NCBI GenBank assembly: GCA_011109175.1
Contig: RDEW01000036.1
Coordinates: 3,583-67,582 of the forward strand
Direction: 5' to 3'
Source: Dicyema japonicum
Taxonomy: Eukaryota > Animalia > Dicyemida
Length of the DNA: 64,000 bases
The notes beneath the pieces are model-generated. The model was not told the origin of the DNA. It made no database searches and saw only the letters and a program-made list of their open reading frames with translations. Positions 48,481 to 60,856 of the stretch are shown here, piece by piece. The translations under genes were made by a program, and so were the position numbers. Position 1 is the first letter of the stretch; every line of letters starts with the position of its first letter.

Positions 48481-48554
48481 TCGTTTTTTATGTGATAAGT
48501 CTTCCTTTTGACTTCCTTCAAGATAGAAATATGTTTTTTTAGAAATGTTAATGG

Positions 48555-48810
48555 TCACATGAGTGGCGCATTCCGGCTGAAGGTTCCACTCATCTATGAT
48601 GCTTAGACTTGAAGAGTGACCCCGTCAACAGTGAGCATCTCACTGCGGAACAGGATTGTCTACACAAGAACTCACACCCAACATTAAGAAAAAAGAAGTG
48701 AAGAGCATTCCTTGGTTCTCCCTCATCGATTAGTTATGATAACTGTTCTTCACTTAAAATAAAGTATGTGTCCTGTCTGGAAGTAGCTATAGCTACTATG
48801 ACTCTTTTTA
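48555..48810 (+). repeat. SINE family A, 5'-truncated copy
   Basis: Colinear with 20090-20320. Confidence 0.8.
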
Positions 48811-48939
48811 AAGTGCAGTATTTAATGGCCACACTGTGTGTCTACGGGAAGAATAGTTGATCATCTGGCAAACGATGTAGCCGGATGCTAAAATGTGATT
48901 ATACTCAAAAAAATAATAAAAATGTTCGACGTATATATG

Positions 48940-49240
48940 CTATGTTAAGTTGTCCAATTAAGTAGTGTTCGACCCTTGGAGATCTCATGAACAAGTTTCC
49001 TCCACTCTCCCCGATCCGTTGCAATTTGGAGTAGCCTTGATATAGGCATTCCCGTGACGTCTTCACCGTGGATGGCCACCGAGTCCTCGGTCGGCCAGGT
49101 CTTCTCTTCCCAGTAATATTGCTCAGCATAATGGTTCTTTCCAGTGAATCAGAGCGGATAACATGCCCAAAAAACGCCAATCTGTGTTTTACGATTCTTT
49201 CTTCTAGCGAAATGTCCGTCTCTACCCGTTTGAGTACATC
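48940..49240 (-). mobile_element. RTE 3' fragment, close copy of 7420-7750
   Basis: FFGHVIRSDSLERTIMLSNITGKRRPGRPRTRW. Confidence 0.9.
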
Positions 49241-49554
49241 GACATATACACCAGAATCTATTCAGGAGGTTTGGCCTTAATAAGCCGAAGAAATTAAATG
49301 ACTACTCAAACAATTGTATCTAGTGATACAAGAAATCCGAGTAGGACTACCCAAAGTCAACTTACATTATGATAAACTGGATATATTACCAACAAGATTA
49401 ATGAAATCTTGTTTGTGGATATGAAGGCTACTCCTCTGACAAAGTGAAGTCTATTGTAGAATTAGGTAGTTAACTATAAGTAATTCACAGATCAAAAGAT
49501 TTTGCCACTCGTTCTAACCTGGGATAATTTAGTATCACCATTCTTAAAAAATGG

Positions 49555-49670
49555 TTATTGGCTCTATGATTAGTTAAAATTAACTGTTCTTTACTTAAAT
49601 AAAGTGTGTGTCCTGCCTATGCGGAGCTATAAATATTATGGCTCTCGTGAAAAGGCTGTTATTATTATTC
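49555..49670 (+). repeat. SINE family A tail
   Basis: GATTAGTTAAAATTAA...AATAAAGTGTGTGTCCTGCCTATGCGGAGCTATAAATATTATGGCTCTCGTGAAAAGGCTG(TTA)n. Confidence 0.85.
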
Positions 49671-50329
49671 TTAACAAATACACTGAATTACTCCAAATAC
49701 AACGAATTTGAGTATAGCCAGGTTACTGCCTGGAAAAACACTAGAAAGCAAGCCTGTTGAGTATAAACACGGATTATATGAGGCAATCAAAACTTCAGGG
49801 TTGGTAAATTCTTAGCAGGAAATGGCGGCTTTTTTTGGTGTTGTATAAAGATAAATTGAGCTAAATAGGGGAAACAATGACTTAAAATTCTATTTTTTGT
49901 CTTTTTAGCCTATCCGACGGACTAGATTGTCTGCTTGTCGGCCAGCGATTCTTGACGTCTCAGCAACAAATGAGACAAACAATTTGGTCGCCAAAAGACG
50001 TAAGTTTTAATTCCTGATTTATCACGATTAGACGTAAGTAAGTTTAAATCTCGATTTAGACGTAAGTTTTAAGTCATTTTCACATAAGACAGAATAGTCT
50101 AAAATGCCGATGGACTCTGAAAAATGAAACCGATCTAGTTAATTCCCCGACATTTGAACACTTTCTCAGTAGTCTTGGGGGTTTTAAATAATAGGTTATA
50201 AAAATGAGAGAAAATGTAAGAAATCACAATCTGAATGATTATAGCCTATTCAAACTACTAATTATATTGTCATCTGTCTGTCTAAAAAAATATCATAACT
50301 CTCTTATGCATTATCCTTGGGACACTATT

Positions 50330-50860
50330 GGATGACGATTCCACAAGAATAGTGGTCTACGTTCGCCTGACCTACCGGTGTAGATGCGGAAAAATGGTTA
50401 TGTGAAAGATCTTCACGCCCTCTCCTGCCAGATAATTGATGGGTGGAGGCTGAGGCACAGAACCATCAACGAAGTCATTACGTGGAGCTATTTAGTAAAA
50501 GCTACTCGGACTGGCCTCACCAAACAAAAGACCAGACGGGACAACTCTTTTCCCACGGAAAAGCAGTAGATACCTTCCCTGGGATGCCACCTGTGTGGAT
50601 AGCCTCTCTCCCTCCAACCTTGTTATGACAGAAGGCTGAAACAGGAGAAGGCTGAGACCCTAAAGATGAAGAAATAAGTATGTCTCGGTGGACAGTTCAT
50701 TTTTAAACCAGTCGCTGTGGAAACGTCAGGAATCATAGAAAGCAGGTCACTGATCCTGCTAAACAGAATTGGATCGCGAAGAAGAAAAATGATCGGAAAG
50801 AAAGGAGCTGGCTCATTGAGCGCATTTCTTTGCAAATCGTCATGAGAATTTTAACTGTTA
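50330..50860 (+). mobile_element. CRE-clade 3' region
   Basis: CRCGKMV, LHALSC, RHRTINEV, FIFKPVAVETSG, SWLIERISLQIV. Confidence 0.8.
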
Positions 50861-50974
50861 CTTTTTACATTAAACCGTTTTTATTAAAAATATATGTTTT
50901 GCTATTTTCTAACTTTACTAAAACAAAATTTTGTAGATTAACAAAATTAATTTCAATTTAATTATGACTGCGTG

Positions 50975-51500
50975 CCAATTCACTTAACTCTATTCCCTCT
51001 CAGGATAGCGAGCGAGATTCGTTCAAATAACCAGCAGCGCTCACGAGGGTCTCCTGTTCATGTAGCGATCCGATTCCCTAGACGACTCAAGAATTCCAGC
51101 GTCGCAGGCGCAAGGGAACCAGACGTCTCAACTGCGTACTTTTCCCGTTTAATTTTTTCGGTTTTCTCAGCGGCAGAACAGGCTCCAGAGGCACTCTGGA
51201 GTAGGTTGCAAGAGGCAAATGTGTCGGTGCAGGTAACTTCCCAGACAAAAGGTTTCCCGGTTTCAAAAGGGAAGATTATTATTCCATCTGGTCGTTTCCC
51301 GTCCCGCCTGTAAAGACCGACTGATTCAAGCATGGAGGGGTGTCTGGCGGCGTCCAAAGCTCGCCTAACGACTTCGTTCAAGGCCATGTGTCTGGGAAAT
51401 CTGCCTGCAGTCTACCTGCAGGAGAAAGGGTGTAGGCCAAAACAGTCGATTTGGTCACCGCATCGGCACGGATGTGGAACACAAACTTTTAATCCCAGTC
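50975..51500 (-). mobile_element. CRE-clade 3' region (best-preserved endonuclease)
   Basis: ALNEVVRRALDAARHPSMLESVGLYRRDGKRPDGIIIFPFETGKPFVWEVTCTDTF...KIKREKYAVETSG. Confidence 0.92.
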
Positions 51501-51629
51501 AGAGCAGCCGCTATATAACCGTTTACTCTTTTTTCTTTAATAAAAATTGAATTACATTAATTTATTTATTGGTTGAGTGGTGACGACGCCTCTATTGCAC
51601 TATGCCTTATTCGTATTCCTTACCGATTT

Positions 51630-52045
51630 TTCCGTTCACTCTGGGATCTTTCAATTATAGAGGACTTAAACAACCTTACAAGAAACACCAACTGGTATGC
51701 GATCTAACCAAATATACGTCTGTCTGCTGTCTACAAGAGACAAAAACGACCGTACAATGTACAGAACTGTTTGGAAAATTCCACCTTTTTATCCTCTCAT
51801 CGGCCTGCCGACATTATGGTCACAGATTTGCAGTCCATCAGGATCTGATTCACTACGTTTACAAGGGTGTGGACAGCATCTGATATTATTTTGGAAATGG
51901 CGGACGACCTGGACTACCTAAGAGAACTAGTGCGCAACAGAAGATCATGGTCGAAGCTGATGGAGAGGATGATTAGGAATACGGCACAAGGGAAACTTAA
52001 CTAATTTTATGTTTTCTCGGGAGTGCTTTTTAATAATAATAATAC
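51630..52045 (+). mobile_element. Internally deleted (bipartite) RTE derivative
   Basis: APE start LGSFNYRGL...VCCLQETK...RHYGHRFA joined to the C-terminal ADDLDYLRELVRNRRSWSKL; (TAA)n tail. Confidence 0.72.
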
Positions 52046-52139
52046 ATTAATTTAATTATGACTCATTTATCAAATATGACTCATTTTTTTACCCAAATAA
52101 TTTTCAAAATAAAAATATAGTTGTCATGATGGCCTGCAG

Positions 52140-52700
52140 GCATTAAGCAAGGAATGGGAGTTACCTCTCATGATCCCACTCAATGTTCTGGAAGAATCAT
52201 CGCTTCATTCTAGGCTCGCCCTTCAGCCGTCCTATTAACCTGATAAACTCAAACGTGCTCGGATCTCAATGGAGATTGTTTGCAAAGGGAACCGGTCCCC
52301 AATGTCGCGATACTTACTCCTTTACAAATCTTCAACATTGCTTGCTGTGGAACCCACGCGCAACGATGACTTGAGCAAACTCAAATTAGAGAAAGTGTCC
52401 TTGCACGTTGAATCCCAAACAAGACACTTCTCTTGGCTCTATTGCATGGCCGTTGCGTCATCCGGCCTTACTATCACCTTTGTCAAACCGACGAGCCGGC
52501 GTCAAATAAGCCCTCATGACTGTCGAGTTTAACATGAAGTGACGAGGGAATCTTCCGGCGCTCCGTCTGCATGACAGCGGATGAAGTCCTTTCCTGTCAA
52601 CCATCCCACCGCATCGGAATCGATATTACAAGCAGACGTCAAGACCTAGCAGAAGAGCAGCTTTAACGCGGATTGTATACTCATCAAACAGCAACTGCAC
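52140..52700 (-). mobile_element. CRE-clade zinc finger and endonuclease region
   Basis: RCGGMVDRKGLHPLSCRRSAGRFPRH, CLVWDSTCKDTF. Confidence 0.82.
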
Positions 52701-52984
52701 GTGCCGAGAAGTCATTGAGTCAGGACCTCAAATTCTCAACAAACACAGCATATAGACATGTAAAACGATGGCAAGTTCGTTTAGCCTTTTTTCCACAAAG
52801 ATTTCATTCTATGTTTTTGAGAGATTTAGTTCTTTGTAATACCAAGCCCGCTTGTTTTTCACTGCTGCACAAACGTCTCACTTTCTACTACCAACATTAC
52901 CGGCTGGCTACAGTCAGAAACCGTAACATTAATAAAATCTAGTGGTTCTTTCAGTTGACCTCTGTTTTTTATTTTTATTTTTTA

Positions 52985-54070
52985 AAACCACAAGACCACC
53001 AAGAAAGTATTAACTTACTAATTAAGTGATCCCAGCCTCCAACATCACTCGAATTCTCTTCGAATGCTCCGCCAGCGATCCAACTGCATTCCTGAAGTGT
53101 CTTATTTTATGTCTGTAGAGGAATTCTATCTTATTGCACTTTTTTTGTTACCTATCTGAATTCCTCTGAATTGATTAGCGACTCTCCAAGGAAGTTTCGG
53201 CGATTTCTCTCATGCGACCCGAATCAGGTCTCTTATTGGGCTCTTCCCCCTCTCTCGTTCAAATCACAAGCAACAAAAGTTAAATGTGACGACGATAGAG
53301 TGTTGTATGTCTCAATAAGGCTAGAAAAATGCGTATAGTTCTTGCAAAATTCAAGTGAAAATGTTGAAGACGTTTGAATCACTAAGTTTTTTTGTAATAT
53401 CGCTTTTCAAAAAAGACCAGAAATTCTCGATTGGGTTGAGGATTGTACTATACGGTGCTAGTCTCAAGATGGCATGCCTAAAAATTATGGTTCTTCCACT
53501 TCGACCTCAGTTTTGGAGTTGCATAGACATAATCAATTACAAACACCCTGTCCTGCCATAGTAAACTTTCTTTTCATGAGGCATTCTCTGAACCAATCCT
53601 AAGCACTCTCCATTTTAAAACTACCTCTACGTACGTTGTTATGTAAAGTCCAAAATGACGATACATCCAATGATATGTATATTGGCACCTTTGGCCCTTG
53701 CAGCTATCACACTACATCTTGTTGCCCGACGAGATCTCCCCTCTGATCGAAAAGTATGGATATTGGGATTAATCAGTCTCACACCAACCTCTCTGGAAGA
53801 CCTTATCGGACAAAATGGAAGGAATTCGCCGCTCTGTGCCGAAAATCCAACTTCCTACAATGCTCTAATGGATTGGGTCTTACTAGAAGACTTTACATCA
53901 CCCCTCTTGTATTTCTTTCAAAACCCTCCCGTCCTCAGAGAAGCTGTGTTGGATCTCGGAAGGTCCACCGGAAAAAAATGAGAGACCTGATGGAGGCGGC
54001 CGGGATCACCTAATTAGTTTAATACAATTAAATTAACTATTGGTGTTCTTAGGTTAAATAAATAAAAAAT
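52985..54070. mobile_element. Two divergent GIT-stop LINE 3' fragments (52985-53560 minus, 53560-54070 plus)
   Basis: Ends EAGIT-stop and EAAGIT-stop with TTAAA(TA) tails. Confidence 0.7.
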
Positions 54071-54079
54071 CTCCATCGT

Positions 54080-54990
54080 TTATATCCCAAACAATTCATG
54101 GACAACCACTCACCGTTACGAAACATCCCAAAATACTTGGAGTTATTTATGACCAACTACTAACTTTCTCTAAACATATGGAGGAACAATGTACAAAGGC
54201 CTCTCACAAGATCAACATACTTAAAGCTGTGTCAGGCCATTCTTTGGCCAAAGCAAAAAAGCCCTAACCATCATATATAACAATTCATTTAAACAACTAT
54301 TAACTATGCAAGCCCTTGCTGGTCAATCTCTGCCTCTCTTACTTCTATTGACAAACTATAAAAAGTACAAAACATCGCGCTCAGGAAAATTACTGGATGT
54401 CTCAGATCAACTCCTGTCGATCATCTACATTGGGAGTCAAAGATCCTTCCAATTGGAGACCATCTGAAAATGAGAGCCCTGCAGTTCCTCTTCCAAGCCT
54501 ACAGTCTAGAACATCCATGCCACTCCCTATGCAAGCCGCAAAACAAAAGGAAAATTATTATGACAACCAGTGACCTGTCTCGAATGTTATCATCCATTCT
54601 TCCATCCCCAATGACAGGAGTTGTCTGAAACAGATACGATCTTGTTTCTACGAGAAGCTTTCGAAGACTCGGAGACAATAAAATATTACAGCGACCCCCT
54701 CCTCAATAAACCAATCAGAATCCCCTCTTTAAAGGGACGTACGAGTAAACCTGGCTCGTCTATGATATGGGCACCACCCATATCTACCAACATATGATAT
54801 ACCCAGCCCCTTTTGCAACCTCCACGTGCTGACAACAAATCACCTATTTCAATGTCATGAATTGGCACAACGTTTCTCCACAATGCCGGAACTGACCGTT
54901 CTATGGGAGCGATCAACATCTGCTGAGTCCTACTTAATAGCTGCTGGCCTCCAACAAGTTAGTGAGGCTTGGGTTACTTAACTAACTAAT
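54080..54990 (+). mobile_element. I-group LINE 3' region with CCHC zinc knuckle
   Basis: PKILGVIYD, KVQNIALRKITGCLRSTPVDHLH.ESKILP, CNLHVLTTNHLFQC; (TAAC)n tail. Confidence 0.8.
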
Positions 54991-55394
54991 ATCCCAAACT
55001 ATAATAAAATGAAATAGACAATCTGTGGGTTTTTTATTTAGTCGCAAAAGTAATCCCCAGAAAGTCTTTAATGTATTAATTAATGATAATATAAACAAGA
55101 AGATGACCTGAACAATGTGTAATCGGACCGATAGCCAATTTTGAAAAGGATAGATGAAGAAATATTCACACTAAAATTTACATTAATTTAATATTTGAAT
55201 AAGTTCAGTTTTTATTAGTTTTAAGAACTTAGAAGTAACCATCAGTTTCTGTGATAATCTTAAGAAGTGATGCCTATTACTTTGAAACTGGTTGTGATAT
55301 GGAAAAATCACATTACATAATAATTATTATATTTATAGAGTAAAAAACTTGCAGATTATCAATAAACTACAATTGTTTGCTATATGTCATAAAA

Positions 55395-58320
55395 TTTTGG
55401 TTGAGCTGGTGACGTGGCTCTTGAACTCAATGTCTGGAAAACACAGTATCAAGCCATTGGACTACTCTCTAGCGTTTGGAAACGGAAGGAACTGGTCGAG
55501 GATCTTTCAAAATACAAGATTTCAATCGCCTGCCTTCAGGAGACCAAACTAATTAACGGGATCGAAGAACAACATGGGAACTTTCGACTAATCTTCCTTC
55601 CAGGTGGAATCAAGCACTATGGGCTAGGATTTGCCGTCAAGAATGATCTATCCAAGAGAGTCTGCCGCTATTACATTGTGAATGATAGAATCGGGGTGTT
55701 GCAATTGAAACTGGATGACCTCAACCCGTCGAAGAAATACCTAATTATAATAAACGTGTACGCCCCTCACAGTGATGGCTTAATAAAAACCCTGAGGAGA
55801 TTGATGACTTTTACACCAGTCTTTCTGCCGTCTTCTCCAAGTATGCTCTCTCAACATTAGTAATGATTGCAGGATACCTAACTACGAAAGCTGGCACCCA
55901 GGTTACGACCGATGAGACATTCATGGGAAAGCATGGTAAGGGGAAAAGAAATCTCCCGGGAACCCTACTAGCTAACTTCTGTCAAACGAACAACCTATTT
56001 TTATGCAATACAGCCTTCATGCATCCAGACATAAATCTACGTGGTCGGGACACAGAACAAATCCCGAAGGGAGTGATAAATATGTACAACCAGATCGACT
56101 ATATCATATGCAGGCAAAAAGATCGAGGGATTATACTTGATGCACGAGCTTATGGTGGATCGATCATCGACAGCGACCACAAAATGGTTATTGCTAGACT
56201 TTCTCTAAAGAGATTTATGGTACTACAAAGAACGAAATGGAAACACATTGAAACCACAGAACTACTCTAGACGTTATAACTTGGAACCCTTAATCAGTCA
56301 ATCAGAAGGGGCCCTAGCATTCAAAATTATCTGGATGCAGAACTAGAAAGCATGCCTACAGATTTGCCGCCCGGAAAATCCTGGGATTTTGTAAAGCAGT
56401 CAATACACAAAGGAGCCAATCTGCATCTATTGAAAGAGAACCCATCGCACAATGACATTTACACGGTGAAGGACCTTGCCAATAAACAGAAGACCATATG
56501 GATGCTATATCACAATACTGACGATTCGAACGTAAAATCAAAATTGCGACTAGAAAGAAAAACTATCAAAGCAAAAATAAGAAAAACTATACGACAGCAT
56601 AACAGAAATAGAGCACTAGACCAGATTAAGAAGATAGAATCCCTCAAGGACAACGCTAAATTCTACGAGGCTGTTGAACAGATAAAAGGAAAGAGACCCC
56701 ATCAACAGATAATGAAAAGAGATGACAAAGGAAAGCAGATTGTGGACCAAAGGGAAAAATTATCGTTTAATCCAAGGACTTTCAATCAAAATTGGACGAA
56801 GAAATCACACCATATGAAGTTGAACTTGCAAGTTCCAAGTTGAAAAACAACAGGACTCCTGGCCCCGACGGACTCGGTGGTGAATTCTTCAAATATGGAC
56901 CCCAAAAGCTGTACGAATGCATCGCTAGGATCCTGTATGAAATGTACTATTATGGTCACACGCTGACCCTTGGAGAGGGTATCTTGATACCTGTACAGAA
57001 GGCGAATGAACCAAGAGCTAAGTTGGAAAACCTCCGTCCAGTCATATTAATGAATTTACTTCGAAAAATTTTGGCGAATATAACATTACAAAGAATGGAA
57101 GGACGCCTAGATACATTTCTGTTGCTATACCACAGCGGATTCCCAAAAAAAAGATCTACTTCCGATGTTTTGTGTCCTACAAGAGGAGATATGCGGCCGT
57201 TCAAAAGTTCAAAATGTCTACAACAATCCTCGGAATCGACATTTCGAGGTTCGACTTGTCGATGGACGGAGACTAATACTGGTTCTGTGGGTTTCCTAGA
57301 CGCTTCCACTGTCAGAATGGCTACAACCTGCTTAGCTGATATTTGGCTCACTGTATGAGTCGGGGGAGCCTTGTCTCGCCGATTTGAGACGACTGTTGGC
57401 ACTCCACAGGGAGACCCGTTATCACCTATTTTTTTGTCATATACCTTGAATCTGTTTTACGGGAATCGAAACCGATAATGGGTAAAAAGACAAACATTAT
57501 TGCGTATGCTGACGACGTAGACTTTATTTCAAATGACAAAATACCTCACTTGTTTGTTGGAAGAAGTGCCTGGAAGACAAGCCGAATGGTTCCTAACAGT
57601 AAATCCGGACAAGACTGAGTAACTGAACTCAAGAGGGAAGAAACAAGGTCGGAGGAGCTGGCGCAAGTGCAAAAAGCTTGGCTCCCTCCTAGGAGACCAT
57701 GAAAAAATTACAAGAAGGAAAACCCTAGCACAAACTGCCCTCTTCAGATTAAAGAACACTGGCTGGCCTTGACATTATAATAAAAGCTCGATTATACAAC
57801 TCGCTAGTGAAACCCATACTAATGTATATCACTGGTACCTGGGACTCCTCAAGAAATGAACTGAAGAGGCTTAATGCGTTTCATAGAGACCAAATACGGG
57901 ATATGATGTTCGAAAGAAGCGATACGAGGATGTCATCTAATATTCTTTATAGAGGACGAAGACCTCAGAAATTTCTAATGAGATTCTGGATACACAATGG
58001 AGGCTTTTCGGCCATATTCTGCGACTGGACCTAGATGCCCCTGCGAACGTAGCCATGGAGGATTACTTCATGTTGGAGGCCCCCTATTTCCGTGGTCGCC
58101 CAAGGACGACATTGCCAGTCGTTCTCGACGATGACTTCAAAGAAATGGGACGGCATCTTAGAAGTGGAGAGGATCTTGACTGGTTACGCACTGCGGCTTT
58201 GAATAGGAGGAAGTGGATGAAACTAATCAGTGATTTGCTAACTCGTGTTGCACATGCTTTGTCAAGTTCTATGACAAAGCGATAAGTGCTAATAGTAATA
58301 ATGTCATAAAATCAATAACT
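55395..58320 (+). mobile_element. Near full-length RTE-clade LINE (APE plus RT), frameshifted
   Basis: LNV..., IACLQETK, HYGLGFAV, INVYAPH, NQIDYI, SDHKMV, PGPDG, LRPVILMN, GTPQGDPLSP, AYADDVD, FRGRPRTTLP, LDWLRTAALNRRKW. Confidence 0.92.
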
Positions 58321-58399
58321 TGTCTTCGTTATTTCTGCTTTCACTATACAATCTTGGTTTTGATATTTATTGGATTCTAATTTCCCTCCGTCAGTTCTG

Positions 58400-58510
58400 C
58401 TTGCTATTTGCTTGATACTCGCTCGCCATCCTGAGAGGAAATAACCACGCAGTCAGAGCGGCCGCTTTATGACCGGCGGCTGATTGTTCCAATATTTTAC
58501 TTTAATAAAT
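58400..58510 (+). mobile_element. CRE-clade 3' tip
   Basis: SLAILRGNNHAVR, same tail as 14860 and 48100. Confidence 0.6.
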
Positions 58511-59289
58511 ATATTCAAAAAATTCCTAAATAATGATATTTTTGAACAGTTGTAGATCTTCAAAATTTATTGCACAATAAGTTAGTTTTAGGATGAATTA
58601 TTAACATAAAATGGTCTGCCTTAATTTATCACAATTCTAAATTAGCCCTTTGCATACAAATTACAAATTTAAGAAAACCAAAAATAAACGAAAACATTTA
58701 TTTAGACGAACGCATAGTGGCGGTTCTTTACTAATTTTAGTTCAATTTACATGTTTCAGTTTAAAGATAATAATTAGATAATTAGTTTTTGGCTCACAGG
58801 TATTTAATTTTAAAATATGAGATCGAAATATTTTTTTAATAAATAAACCGATGATTCAAAAATTTGAATTCGATCCATTTGCGAAACAAACAAAAATTAG
58901 GCCAGGTTGCTTAATGGTTATGATTAATTGTGGGCTCACTTTTCCACGTCGTTGCCTGTCTAGTTAAAGGATTCCGTTATGCTTTGTGCCTTCTTCAAAT
59001 CCTAAGAAACATCAGTTGATCTATATATCTTATAAACCGATCCCAATTTAAAATAATGGAAATACTAGCAAACCTAAGACTATATCGAAATATTTTATAC
59101 TAAAAACATTCAAGTAAACAACATTTCTCGTTAATAGGTTGAAAATAACGAACGAGATTAAGAAAACAAGTCCTCCAGAATAAACCTACTGTGGATAAGT
59201 GCTATTCTTAGTAACCAATAATTAAAAGTCAAACGGCAAATAATATAAAGTCTAGGAAATAATCAATATAGCCAAAATATGTAACAAAT

Positions 59290-60002
59290 TCATGACTTGT
59301 TCAACTCGTTCTAATATATAAGTCAAAAACATACATCGTATTCTTCCTTTAAAATTTTGTATTCCTCACTCAAAACATCACATTCTTCACGCAAATTCTT
59401 CAGTTCCTCCCTTTTAAGTCTCAATTCTAGATCACAAACAATCCTCACCCTCATTCACTCCCTCACATTTGTCCTCGTTTTCCTCCTTGAGCAAATTGGA
59501 AACGAACTGGCTGTTATTCCTGGCCTGAGAGAGCATGATCTGGTAGTCCATCTCCAGGGAGGTGAACTTGGACAGAATACTGGAGACTCGGTAAATGACG
59601 CTAAAATAAAGGCAAGAATAACAAGAGCAGAAAGATGGAGAAGAATAGAATGTACAGGTTTCGTTGGGCACGGAACAATTTCATATGAGCCATCGCATCG
59701 GATCCAAGAGAAACGTGGACACGGTCATTCTTGGCCCTCACAATCTGGAAAACAGAATCTTAAATGAAGAATGGTAGAACCTGTAAGCAAAATGGACAGC
59801 ACAATGAAGATGATAGTGATGTAATAATCAATGTAACCGAGTAGTTTACGAATTGGCCGACTCTGCACAATTTTCTTCCATCTGAGTATGAAAAGGAACT
59901 CTACCTTTGGGGAGTTACTATTTTTGATAGCTGAAGAAAGACAATGAGCATTTCTACGTAAAGCATAGAAGTTATTGACATCCATTGGAAACTACTAGAC
60001 AT
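59290..60002 (-). CDS. BCAP31: B-cell receptor-associated protein 31/29 (ER membrane export factor)
   Basis: Spliced MSSSFQWMSITSMLYVEML...PQRWKKIVQS...HMKLFRAQRNLYI plus a C-terminal coiled coil; five introns of 22-24 nt. Confidence 0.92.
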
Positions 60003-60129
60003 TTTAATATTAATTAATAATTTAAATTTAATATCATTTTATTTTAAAGTAATTAATTATAGTTATCATTCCGTGAAGGATACATTAATCAACTCTATTC
60101 AAAGAAGAAATAAAGACATTACGAGACAT

Positions 60130-60571
60130 GGCCTTCTGGCTAAACGTAAATTCTGATGACATCGGATCTGAAGGTCGTTGTTCGAATCCGAAAGATGGAG
60201 TTTTCAGCGAAGGTCAATTCTTGTACAAACAGATCCCACCCGTGAGGAGACGAGTCCTTCTGGCACGACACAGTATTAAAGGGATCTTCCTTCCTTTTAC
60301 CCTACCAAATCATCTGATGAAGATTGCATTATGAAAACTATTCCGCTAAAGAATGAAGTGATGTCCGCGACGGTAGGACGTGGGACAAAAATGGAAGAGG
60401 GCAGACCTACTTCCCCACCTCTCTTCGGAAGCGGAAGTCTGTGATGAAGTATTGGAAGATGGATTTGGTCGGCACAAGCAGATGTTCTCCCTTTGGTTTC
60501 TTCCTTGGATTATTTAGTTATGACTGTTTGTGCTGGGCTTGCAATGGTGAGCCTGGGGTTAATAATAGTAA
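60130..60571 (+). repeat. SINE family B, full copy with 10-bp target-site duplication
   Basis: TACGAGACAT at 60120-60129 and 60572-60581; colinear with 16181-16623. Confidence 0.92.
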
Positions 60572-60856
60572 TACGAGACATAGCAAAAAGTTGACAAAAA
60601 ATGGAAGAAGCTAACTAGTAATTTGATTTTCCGTGTTGCAATGCATTGTTACGACCTATGACATAGCGTAAGTTCCAATTAAAATGAGGATATTGCTCAA
60701 AATGTCATCTCAAGTGGTCGACATGATCAAACTAAAGTCTCCTTAAAAATTTCATTATTAATTTTTAAATACATTTTAATATAATTGATTTCTTTAATTT
60801 AGTAAACTTAAATCAATTTTGTGGTTTTTCCAAATTGTTTTATCTGTTAGTTGTGA

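Noticed and set aside
49990-50080. Three GACGTAAG repeats (CRE/ATF-like half sites)
   Set aside because: A short local duplication amid TE debris, far from any gene start.
59357-59985. Listed ORFs 59357-59767 (plus), 59432-59671 (minus) and 59725-59985 (minus) as separate membrane proteins
   Set aside because: They are antisense or intron-retaining frames of BCAP31.
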